Source: Mantamonas sphyraenae STR306 (lineage: Eukaryota > Protista > CRuMs). Taken from it: a stretch of DNA of 64,000 nucleotides. A program made the position numbers and the translations under genes. Of this stretch, positions 23,457-34,161 are shown one piece after another; within the stretch, counting starts at the first letter, position 1, and each line of letters starts with the position of its first letter. The notes under the pieces are model-generated. The model was not told the origin of the DNA. It worked only from the letters and a program-made list of their open reading frames with translations, and did not search any database. The stretch covers positions 162,431 to 226,430 of the forward strand of contig JAPMXV010000073.1 of NCBI GenBank assembly GCA_026936335.1. The letters run 5' to 3'.

Positions 23457-25394
23457 TCAGATTTCCATTTCATCGTTCTCCTCCCCTTCTTGCTCGAGCA
23501 CAATCACCCCATTGTCGTCTGTTGTGACGCCACGATCGTCATGCAAGGGAGGCAACACACCCTCTGTGCTGCCTGCCTCAGAGCGTCGTGGTGACCTGCT
23601 GGAGCCGAAAAACTCGCGTTGTCGCCTGCGCTTCTCCTTGTTCTCTTGTTCTTCCTGTGCGTGCACACGTTCGACGACGTCCTGGAAAAACTGCATGCAG
23701 AACATACAAATGTTGACTGGTTCGTACATGCGCGAGGGAATGCGAAAGAGGGCCTTCTCGTCGACGCCCCACTCGCGCCGTTTCTTCTTGGCCACGGTGA
23801 CCCAAGGCAACTGCATCTTCATCCAATCGTTGCGAAAGGATTGGTCGCACACCTCGCAGCGTGTGGTGGTGCCTCGCTTGCTGATGACAGGCTTGGGAGG
23901 CGATGTGGTTTGTGCAAACTTGTCGGGACTTGCCTTGTGCACCACATCCACAGAGAGGTCGTTGCGATGTTGCATGTCCCTCACCAGCTCCTCCAATTCC
24001 GACTTCATCAGCATTTCCTGCCGTGCAAATTCCCTCTGCATCGCCGCACGCTCTTCCTTCTCTGCGTTCAGTTGCGCCACGCGTGCTTCGTACTCTGCAA
24101 TGCTGGCTTCCAAACGTGCCTTTTCCGCCTCCTCCTTCGCCTGCAGGTTGCGCACCGCCTGCGCATGTCGTCCCTCTCGCTTTCTGCTCAATTCTGCCAG
24201 GCGTGCGCGCTGCCGTTCCATCTCTGCCGCCGCCTTTTCTCGTCGGTCGTCCTCCTGCACCCGCTTCGCTTCCAATTCGGCCGCCTGTTCCTCGCGCAGC
24301 TTCTGCAATCGATCACGCAGCTCCTGCGACCGCTCCTCCGCCTGTCTGCGGCTCTGTTCGATCTTGCGCTGCTTTTTTGCCGCCAGCCGGTCGATGCGCT
24401 TTCGTGTGTTGGCTGCCTCCTTGGCTGCCTTGCGCTCCTGTGCCCGTTGTCGCTTCTGAAACTCCCGTTGCGACTCTTTGAACTTTTGGTGGGTCTTTTG
24501 GTTGCGCTTGTGAAACTTGTTGGCCACCCGCTCTCGTTGCGCCTCCGCTGCCGCCGCACGTGCTTCGTACTTGCGTTTGATTTCCTGTTCACGTTCCCTC
24601 TGTGCGGCCGCTTTGGCCCTCCGTCGCTCCTGTGCCTCTTCCTGCCGCAACGACTCTCGGTACGCCGCCTCGTCCGCCTCCAACGCCAGGATGCGCTTCC
24701 GTTGCCGTTCTCGCGCCTCCTCCTCACGCACACGTTTACGGTGTTCCTCGTTGTCCATCAACCCAAGCTTCTTTTCCTTCGACACACTGTGGTGCGGCGC
24801 CACGTGGTCATTGGGTGTCGCGTGCGCGGTGTGTGCGGTGCATCAGTGCAAACACGGTGTCAGTTGTAACGGCTCTCCCTCTTTGCACCCCTCCGTCTCG
24901 CCACACACTCACCGTGCACGCTTTTCCTCTTGAATCAGCTTGATTTTCACTTTGGTGCGCACTGCAGTCGACGAAATCGACGTCGTGGACATCCCAGAGC
25001 CTGGTGAGAGGACTTCCAAGGCACGTGATCCCACGCCCCCTGTGTTTTGTCCTCGGATGGTCACCTTGCTCCCTTCTCCTCGTTCCAATGCCTCCTCCAA
25101 ATCCTTCTCTGCTTCTCGTTTGAGTCTCTCACGAAGTGCCATGGCGTTGGCTCGCTGTCTGTCGCGGCGGCGCTCGTTGGCCCGGATGGTCGTTTCCAAC
25201 TTGGCCCCATTGGACAGCTGCTTTACCTGGTTGGCTTTGGCCCGTTTGATGCGCTCTACATTGCGTTTGTGCCGCCGTTGCACCTCTGCTTGCATCCGTT
25301 CCTGTCGCGACGGCGTCAATCCGGGCGAGTGCAGGATTGACACCGGGCTCTGCGTCTGTCCAGGGGTCTTTGATGATCGCACGTGACGCTGCAT
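23457..25394 (-). CDS. Long coiled-coil protein with a C-terminal CxxC...CxxC (zinc-finger-like) region; exons 25394-24913, 24786-23457
   Basis: Two R/E/K/Q-rich ORFs are joined by a phase-2 GTGAGT..CAG intron (24912-24787); motif CEVCDQSF...MYEPVNICMFCMQFF. Confidence 0.75.
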
Positions 25395-25488
25395 GTTCAC
25401 GTGTCAACACCAAAACAAGAATAAGTTGCGGGAGGAGAGAAGGTGTGGGGTGGCAGCAAGTGGTGTGGTGTTGGAAGGGATCGCGCGG

Positions 25489-27410
25489 GTGAGGATGATT
25501 GATCAACGCCTCCATTCCTGGTCCCACTTTGCAACATCTCCTCTCCTCTCCTCTCCTTTCCTCTCTGTCTCTCGCTGTGTTGCCAACACCAGCACTGGGG
25601 CGGATCCTTGCTTTGGGCGAGAGTCCGGTAGCGAGCGAGCTTCTGCCGTCATATGCAGCATACCATCTCCCACTCCCATTCCCATCCCCTCACTCCCTTC
25701 TTACTCGGGCTTGCGCACCAGAATGGCGTACATGGGCGTAAAGATGCCCGTCTCACCACCTGCCACCAGAGCGTCGGCTGCTGCGTTCAGCATGTCACTC
25801 GTCTCTGTCGTGCCCTTGGGTGCCAGCCACAGTGCCTCCAGGATGCTCACGGCCACACGCGTCGTCATGCGACCCGCCCACGTGCGACGGAAGCCCTCCA
25901 GAGTGAACGACGGCGACAGCGACTCGTACCAGGGCACGGGGCTGTCCAGAGCCACGTCACGCTCAAACACAATCTCAAACCCGGCCTTTTCCAGGCACTC
26001 GATCGTGTACTCCATCGTGTCCATGTCCGGCAGACCATCTCCCACCTCGATCCCCTTCTTGATCTCCTGGTGCTCACGGTTCTGCGGGTCGTATCGCGGC
26101 GTCAAGCACCACTCGTAGCTGAAGAACGTGCCTCCGGGCTTCAGCACACGGAAGATCTCTGCGTACAGCTCGTTCTTGTCCGGTGCATGGCACGTTGCCT
26201 CCACTGCAAACGCACGGTCAAACTCTCCGTCCTCCACAGGCATGTCCATGAAGCTGCACTTCAGGAAGCTGCAGCAGTGGTCCAGTCCTGCGTCGATGTT
26301 GTACTGCTTGCCCTTGGCAATCTGTGTCCCCATTCGCCGTCAGCGTCCTTTCCAGGTCCACCCGAAACGGGAAAGTTCACGAAAAGCCAGTTCGCCCACG
26401 CGTTTCCCACCCTCACCCTCTCCACTCACCTGGTGCGCGTTGTTGTTGGCACCCACAATGTGCACAAGGTCCTCCTCCTTCGTCACACCGTGGTTCAGAA
26501 AGCTGTGTGTGTGTGTCCCGCCCGCGTCAGCCTCCCAACCACCCTTTCCGGCGTGTATGTCCCTCGACTTTTCCTCGCCTCTCGCCCCCGCCCATCGCCC
26601 ATCCATATCCATCCCCCATCCACTCCATCCTCCTCTCCACACCCTTCCCACTCCCACACTTACCGAGACACGTTGCGCATGGGTCCGCCAATGCCGCACC
26701 CAAGGTCCACAATCTTGTCGCCCGGCTGCGCCTGAAGCATGTGCCCAAGCCAGTACTCGTGGCGCTTGATCGACTCCAGGAACGTCTCTCCCACAGCACG
26801 GGATGCAAAGTGGAATCCCTCGCCCCATCTGCATGTTTGTCCATGTGTCCCATCATCCCCACCATCCTCTGTGTCAGCCCGTGGGCAACACTCCACCGGT
26901 TGCGTTTTTTTTCGGCCGTTCGTTCCTGGACCCAACCTGGCCAACCACACACAAAAAAACCACGCCGTGCGCCCTTTCCCACACCGCTGGCTTGTGTCAC
27001 AACTTACCCGTGGATGTAAAACTCGGTAACCAGATCGTAGTAGGCGTTGACCATGTCCAGGGACGTGGTCTTGCGCTCCTCGCTCTTGTCGCCCTTGGAA
27101 TCGTCGTGGACGGCCAGGTAGCTCTTGATGGTCGAGTTGACGTCGACGCCCGACGCAGGGACGGCAGACAAGCCGGCGTGGCTCTTGAGTCCCGAAGTCT
27201 CCTTCTGTGCCTTGGTTTCAAACGTGTTGGACATGGGTGGGTGTCGGATGGGTGTGTTTGGTGTTGGTTGAGGTGGTTGGGAAGGGGGCGGGATCGGGGG
27301 GGGAGGTTATGGAAGACATGGATGGGGAAGAGAAAGGGAATGATTGATTGTGTGTGTGAGGTGTATGTGAGGTGGGTCATCATCATCATTCCATTGCAGT
27401 CTCTTCATTT
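25489..27410 (-). repeat. Right arm of the inverted duplication
   Basis: Reverse complement of 21505-23406. Confidence 0.95.
25701..27234 (-). CDS. SMT1: Sterol 24-C-methyltransferase, copy B (same 4-exon structure, apparently identical protein)
   Basis: The translated exons in the ORF track (27004-27234, 25701-26333) are identical to copy A. Confidence 0.95.
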
Positions 27411-27423
27411 CTCCATGAACTGC

Positions 27424-29476
27424 TTACTCTGCCTTGCCCATCCACGCCAACACCCTCTCCATCACCTCATCCGGCACCGTCCACCACGCACAACTCGCCT
27501 CATACCCTTCCATCCCCCCACACTCAAACATCACTTCCCTCTCCTCCCCATTCATCACCAACGCCACTTCCATCCCCTCATCCACCACCCCACTCCACCC
27601 AATCCAATGCCACTCTCTCCTCCATCCTGCCTCCCTCACCAACTCCACCGTCTCTTCCCTCACTGTAGCACCCCAGCCTTGTAATGCCTCCACCACCTCA
27701 TCATTCCCTTCCTTCACCGCTCGTTCCAACGCCGTGTCTGCCCACGCAGCAAGCGTGTCTACAGGCACACCCCACTCCCTCAGCCCAGCCATCCTCTCCA
27801 CATCACCACACTCCACAAACTCCACATGCCGCTCATTGTTCCTCTTCAACAGTGACCGCAGTGGATCATACACTAGGGATCCAGTGTCAATCTTCCAGCA
27901 CGATCGATTGTTTTCCATCGCAACTGCCAATGCTGATGCTCCCTTTGTTGTGATGAAATTGGCCCCGAGTTCCAGTTCCTGCAAGGTGCTGTTCTCAGCA
28001 AGCGCCTGTGCCAGTGCCACTGCTCCTGCTGCTCCGATGTTGTTGTGTCTGAGGAGCATTGTGTGCAAGGTGCTGTTCTTGCACAGCGCCTGCGCCAGAG
28101 CAGCTGCTCCGTTGTCCCCGATGCTGTTCCTGCAGAGTATGAGTGTCTGCAAGCTGTTGTTTTCACCCAGTCCCTGAGCCAGTGCTGATGCTTCTTTCTT
28201 CCCGATGTTGCTGTCCCTTAGGTCCAGTCTCTGCAAGCTGTTGTTTTCCGTCAGTGCTTTTGCCAGTGCTGCGGCTCCTTCGACTCCGATGACATTGCCC
28301 TCAATGTTTAGGCGACGCAAGGTGCTGTTCCCACTCAGCGCCTGTGCCAGCGCTGTTGCTCCCTCGTCCCCGACGTTGGTGTTGTAGAGTTGCAATGTCT
28401 GCAAGCTGCTGTTGGTGCACAGTGCCTTGCTCAGTGCTGTTGCACCTTCTGCACCGATGGAGTTGCTGTTGAGATTGAGTGTCAGCAAGCTGCTGTTGTT
28501 GCACAGTGCCATGCTCAGTGCACTTGCACCTTCTGCTTCGATGCCGTTCTTGCTGAGGTCCAGTGTCTGCAAGCTGTTGTTGTCACACAGTGCCTGGGCC
28601 AGCGCTGATGTTCCCTCTTCCCCGATGTCGTTGCTGTTCAGGTCCAGTGTCCGCAAGGTGTCGTTCACAGACAGAACCATTGCCAGTGCTGTTGCTCCCT
28701 CGTCCCCGATCGTGGTGTGGTGAAGCTGCAAAGTCACCAAGGTGCTGTTGTTGCAAAGTGCCTTGCCCAGTGCTGTTGCACCTGCTGCACCGATGTAATT
28801 GCCGTCGAGATTCAGTGTCAGCAAGCTGCTATTGTTACAAAGTGCCTTGCTCAGTGCTTTTGCACCCTCTGATCCGATGTAATTGCCGTCGAGGTTCAGT
28901 ATCTGCAAGCTGTTGTTGTCACGCAGAGTCTTTGCCAGTGCTGCTGCCCCTTCGGCTCCGATGTCGTTGAAGCAAAGGCTCAAGCTCCGCAGCGTGCTGT
29001 TCTCACACAGTGCGTCTGCCAATGCTGCTACCCCTCTGTAGCCAAGGCTGTTCTGGTACATTTCCAGGTGCTCCAAACTGCTGTTCTCCCTCAGCGCCTG
29101 CGCCAGTTCTGCTGCTTCCTCTTCCCCAATGACATTGCTGCGAAGGTTCAGTGACTTCAAGCTGCTGTTCTTTGCCAGTGCCTTTGCCAGTGTCACCATC
29201 AGTTTGTCAACGATCTTGTTCCCCAGGTTCAAATGCTGCACCACTCGTGTCAGCGATCACCTCCCGTATCTCACGCAACCATCGTCCATAATCTACTCCC
29301 TCCTTGCGTTCGTGTCTCCCCTCTCAACCCTCCCCGTCTGTGACACGTCCACGACTTCCCCCTCCCTTCGCGCAGCGCAAACTTGCCTCCCCCGCCTCTT
29401 CCAACGCAACGCCAATGCGCTCTTCATCGCCGCTCTGCAGCAATTCCTTCCAGTCTACATCCATCTGTGTGCCCAT
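27424..29476 (-). CDS. LRR-ANK-F-box-like protein, copy 9 (15 LRRs); exons 29476-29387, 29235-27424; GC-AG intron
   Basis: Exon 1 MGTQMDVDWKELLQSGDEERIGVALEEAGE; donor GAG|GCAAGT; ends WWTVPDEVMERVLAWMGKAE. Confidence 0.88.
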
Positions 29477-29745
29477 GGTCAATCAACTGGTCCTGCGTCC
29501 CGTGTGAGCTCGCACGTCACATCCAATTCAGCATCCGCTTTTTGCCCTTCCAAAACACCCCTCCCATGACCCAGCCCATCCACAGTCACATCCCTCTCTC
29601 TGCACTCCATTCCCTCCTTGCACACCAACCTTGTCTCTCTTTCCAAGTTCCAGTGGTCCCCTCAGTGCATCCGAGCACCAGACACCCAACACTCTCCTTT
29701 CCCTTCCCACCCACCAACCCACCAAATACCAACATTCATTCCCCC

Positions 29746-31295
29746 TCACCCTCCCTTGCCCATCCACCCCAACACCCTCTCCATCACCTCATCCGGCACC
29801 GTCCACCACGCACAACTCGCCTCATACCCTTCCATCCCCCCACACTCAAACATCACTTCCCTCTCCTCCCCATTCATCACCAACGCCACTTCCATCCCCT
29901 CATCCACCACCCCACTCCACCCAATCCAATGCCACTCCCTCCTCCATCCTCCCTCCCTCACCAACTCCACCGTCTCTTCCCTCACTGTAGCACCCCAGCC
30001 TTGTAATGCCTCAACCACCTCATCATTCCCTTGCTTCACCGCTCTCTTCAACGCCGTCTCCTCACGTGCAGCAAGCGTGTCCACAGGCACACCCCACCCC
30101 CTCAACGCACCCATCCTCTCCACATCCCCACATTCCACAAACTCCACATGCCGATCCTTGTTCCTCTTCAACAGTGACTGCAATGCCTCATTGAAAACGA
30201 CTTGGAACTCAATCTGCCAGCACGATCGATTGTTTTCCATCGCCTTTGCCAGTGCCGATGCACCTTCTTCCCCGATGCTGTTCTGGTTGAGGAACAGTCT
30301 TTGCAAGCTGCTGTTCTCACTCAGTCCCTCAGCCAGAGAGGATGCGCCTGCTTTCCCGATGCTGTTCTGGTCGAGGAGCATTGTCTGCAAGGTGCTGTTC
30401 TCCCTCAGTGCCTGCGCCAGAGCTGCTGCACCTTCGTCCCCGATCCGGTTCGTGTAGATTTGCAACATCAACAAACTGCTTTTGCCATTCAGTGCGTGTG
30501 CAAGTGCTGCTCCTCCTTCTGCCCCGATGTCGTTGACGTTGAGACGCAGTTCCCTCAAGTTGCAGTTGCAAAGTGCCTGTGCCAGTGCTGCAGCTCCCTT
30601 GTCACCGATTGAGTTGCTTTCGAGGTTCAGTGTCCGCAAGATGTGGTTCTCCCTCAGGACATGCGCCAGTTTCGCTGTTCCTTCGTCCCCGATGTTGTTG
30701 CCGTCGAGGGAGAGTGTTTGCAAGCCGTTGTTCTCTCCCAGTGCCATTGCAAGCGCCGTTGCTCCTTCTTCCCCAATGCCGTTCATGCGTAGGTTCAGTG
30801 TCTGCAAGCAGCGGTTCTTACTCAATGCCTGCGCCAGTTCCGCTGCCCCTTCTGCTCCAATGCTGTTGCCGAAGAGATTCAGCGTCTTCAAGCTGCTGTT
30901 CTCGCCCAGTGCATGTGCCAGTGCCGCTGCTCCTTCGTCACCAATGCGGTTTCCGATGAGATTCACTGTCTGCAAGCTGGTATTCACACACAATGCCTGT
31001 GCCAGTGCTGCTGCCCCTTCTGCTCCGAAGGTTTTGTTGTAGTTGATGTTCAACGTGCGCACACTGCTGTTCACCGCAAGAGCCTGGGCCAGTGCAGCTA
31101 CCTCCTCTGCCCCAACGTCCCGCCAACTCAGTTTCAATGTCTGCCCAGAGTGTCAGTCACCACCGCCCATGCCCTCGCACGGGAGACGTTGGCCCCCAAA
31201 CATACCTCCCCCGCCTCTTCCAACGCCACTCCAATGCGCTCTTCATCACCACTCTGCAACAGTGAAACCCAGTCCACTTTCGTCTGTGTGTTCAT
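29746..31295 (-). CDS. LRR-ANK-F-box-like protein, copy 10 (10 LRRs); exons 31295-31206, 31140-29746
   Basis: Exon 1 MNTQTKVDWVSLLQSGDEERIGVALEEAGE; GTATGT..ACTGAC..CAG intron. Confidence 0.9.
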
Positions 31296-31554
31296 GGTCA
31301 ACCAACTGGTCCTGCGTCCAGTGTGAGCTCGAGCAATTCAACATCCTCTCTATGCCCTTCCACAACACCCCTCCCATGACCCAGCCCATCCACAGTCACA
31401 TCCCTCCCTCAGCACACTCTTCCCTTCTTGCAGACCAACCTTGTCTCTTTCCAAGTTCCAGTGGGCCACCCAGTGCATACGAGCAGCAGACACCCAACTC
31501 CCACCTTTCCCCTCCCACCCACCAACCCACCCAATGCCACCATTCATTCCCTCC

Positions 31555-33778
31555 TCACCCTCCCTTACCCATCCACCCCAACACCCTCTCCATCACCTCA
31601 TCCGGCACCGTCCACCACTCACAACTCGCCTCATACCCATCCATCCCCCCACACTCAAACATCACTTCCCTCTCCTCCCCATTCATCACCAACGCCACTT
31701 CCATCCCTTCATCCACCACCCCACTCCACCCAATCCAATGCCACTCCTTCCTCCATCCTCCCTCCCTCACCAACTCCACCGTCTCTTCCCACACTGTAGC
31801 ACCCCAGCCCCGCAATGCGTCCACCACCTCATCATTCCCTTGCTTCACCGCTGTTTCCAACGCCGTGCCCACAAGTGTAGCAAGCGTGTCCACAGGCACA
31901 CCCCACTCCCTCAGTGCAGCCATCCTCTCCACATCCCCACATTCCACAAACTCCACATGCTGCTCCTTGTTCCTGATCAACAGTGCTTTCAGAGTGGAGT
32001 CGACGTATCCAAAATCAATCTGCCAGCATGATCGATTGTTTTCCATCGCCTTGATCAGAGCGGATGCACCTGCCTCCTCGATGTTGTTGTCTGCGAGGTA
32101 CAGTCTCTGCAAGGTGGTGTTCTCAGCAAGCGCCTGTGCCAGTGCCACTGCTCCTGCTGCGCTGATAACATTGTTTCTGATATTCAGTCTCTGCAAGGTG
32201 CTGTTCTTACTCAGTCCCTCAGCCAGAGCTGATGCACCTTCTTCCCCGACGCTGTTGTTGTCGAGGAGCATTGTGTGCAAGGCGCTGTTCTCACTCAGCG
32301 CCTGCGCCAGTACTGTTGCCCCATGTACGCCAATGTTATTGTTGTTGAGATTCAGTTGCTGCAAGCTGTTGTTCTTACTCAACGCCTGTGCCATTGCCGC
32401 TGTCCCTTCCGCCCCGAGGTTGTTCATGCTGAGGCCTAGTGTCTGCAAGCTGCTGTTCTGACTCAGTCCCTGAGCCAGAGCTGGTGCTCCTTCTGCCCCG
32501 ATGCTGTTCTGATTGAGGTACAGTCTCTGCACGCTGTTGTTCTCACACAGTCCCCTAGCCAGACCTGAGGCTCCTTCTGCCCCAATGCTGTTTCTGTCGA
32601 GGTAGATGGTCTTCACGCTGCTGTTCTCACTCAGTGTCTGCCCAAGCGCTGCTGCCCCTGTGTCCCCGATGCTGTTTAAGCTGAGATGCATGGTTTGCAA
32701 GCTACTGTTCGAACTCAGTGCCTGCCCAAGTGCTGTTGCCCCTTCGTCTCCGATGCCGTTCTTGCTGAGAAACAGTTGCTTCAAGCTGTTGTTCTCACTC
32801 AACGCCTGTGCCAGCGTGGATACTCCATCAGCATTGATGTAGTTGTTGTAGAGGTCCAGGGTCTGCAAGCTGCTGTTCTCACTCAGTGCCTGCCCCAGTG
32901 CTGCTCCTCCTTTGTCACCAATCTGGTTTGCGCTGAGACGCAGTTCCATCAAGTTGGAGTTGCCACAAAGTGCCTGGGCCAGTGCTGCTGTTCCTTCGTC
33001 ACCGATTCTGTTGCTTTGAAGGCCCAGTGTCTGCAAAGTGCTGTTCAATCGAAGTGCCGCGGCCAGTTTTGCTGCTGCTTCTGCACCGATGCCATTATTG
33101 TTCACAATCAGCTGCTGCAAGCTACGGTTGCCACACAGTGACTTTGCGAGTGCTGCAGCTCCCTTGTCACCGATTCTGTTGCCGTGCAAGTCAAGCGTCC
33201 GCAAGGTGCTGTTCACACACAACGCCTGTGCCAGAAGAGCTGCTCCTTCTGCCCCAACTGTGTTGTCGGTTAAAATCAGTGTCTGCAAGCTGCTGTTGGC
33301 ACTCAATCCCTCGGCCAACGCTGCAGCTCCTTCGTACCCGATGCGGTTGTCCTGGAGCAAAAGCGCCAGCAAGCCGCTGTTCTCACCCAGTGCCAGTGCC
33401 AGTGCCGCTGCTCCTTCGTCCCGAATGCGGTTCCCGTAGAGATTCACTGTCTGCAAGCTGTTGTTCACACACAATGCCTGTGCCAGGGCTACTGCCCCCT
33501 CTACTCCGAAGGCTTTGTTGCAGTTGAGTTTCAGCGTGCGCACACTGCTGTTCTCAGCCACTGCTGTGGCCAGTGCAACTGCCTCCTCTGCTCTGATGCC
33601 CAGCAAACTCAGTTTCAATGTCTGCAACACGGGTGTCAGTCACCACCGCCCATACCCACGCACGGGCGACGTTCCCCTCTCAACATACCTCCCCCGCCTC
33701 TTCCAACGCCACACCAACGCGCTCCACCTCACCGCTCTGCAGCAATTCCTTCCAGTGTACATCCATCTGTGTGCCCAT
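31555..33778 (-). CDS. LRR-ANK-F-box-like protein, copy 11 (18 LRRs); exons 33778-33689, 33621-31555
   Basis: Exon 1 MGTQMDVHWKELLQSGEVERVGVALEEAGE; intron 33688-33622. Confidence 0.9.
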
Positions 33779-34161
33779 GGTCAACCAACTGGCCCTGCGT
33801 CCCTGTGAGCTCCAGCCCGTCACACCAAATTCAGAATCCTCTCTTTGCCCCCCCCCTTTCCCATGACCCAGCCCCATCCACAGTCACATCCCTCCCTCTG
33901 CACACTCTTACCCACACACACCACCAACCTTGTCTCTTTCCAAGTTCCAGTGGGCCACTCAGTGCATCCGAGCACCAAACACACACAACCCCCTCCTTTC
34001 CCCTCCAACCCACCAACCCCTCCCCCCCGCCCCTCTTCTGATATCAGCCCTCGTCGCTCTGTCCCTCCACCACATCCATCCCTTTCCCCCAATCATGCAG
34101 GCTCCCCCCCCGCTCGCCCACAACAAAAACACTTTCCTTTGCATTAACACTCCGTTTGGGC

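Larger units (their letters stand above)
27424..34030 (-). repeat. Inverted tandem array of 3 LRR-ANK-F-box-like gene units
   Basis: Same unit structure as the + array, on the opposite strand. Confidence 0.93.

Noticed and set aside
21505-27410. Inverted repeat as transposon TIRs
   Set aside because: The arms consist of a spliced housekeeping gene, no TSD is evident, and the enclosed gene is a coiled-coil protein without a DDE motif.
4112-33778. Calling the LRR genes NLRC3/NLR receptors
   Set aside because: The repeats are NLRC3/RI-like, but there is no NACHT/NB-ARC domain or P-loop in any copy.
3800-34030. Dedicated diversification machinery (DGR reverse transcriptase, recombinase, transposase) near the array
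   Set aside because: No RT, integrase or recombinase motifs were recognised in any ORF of the window, and the variation is not obviously adenine-specific. Homologous recombination is sufficient to explain it.
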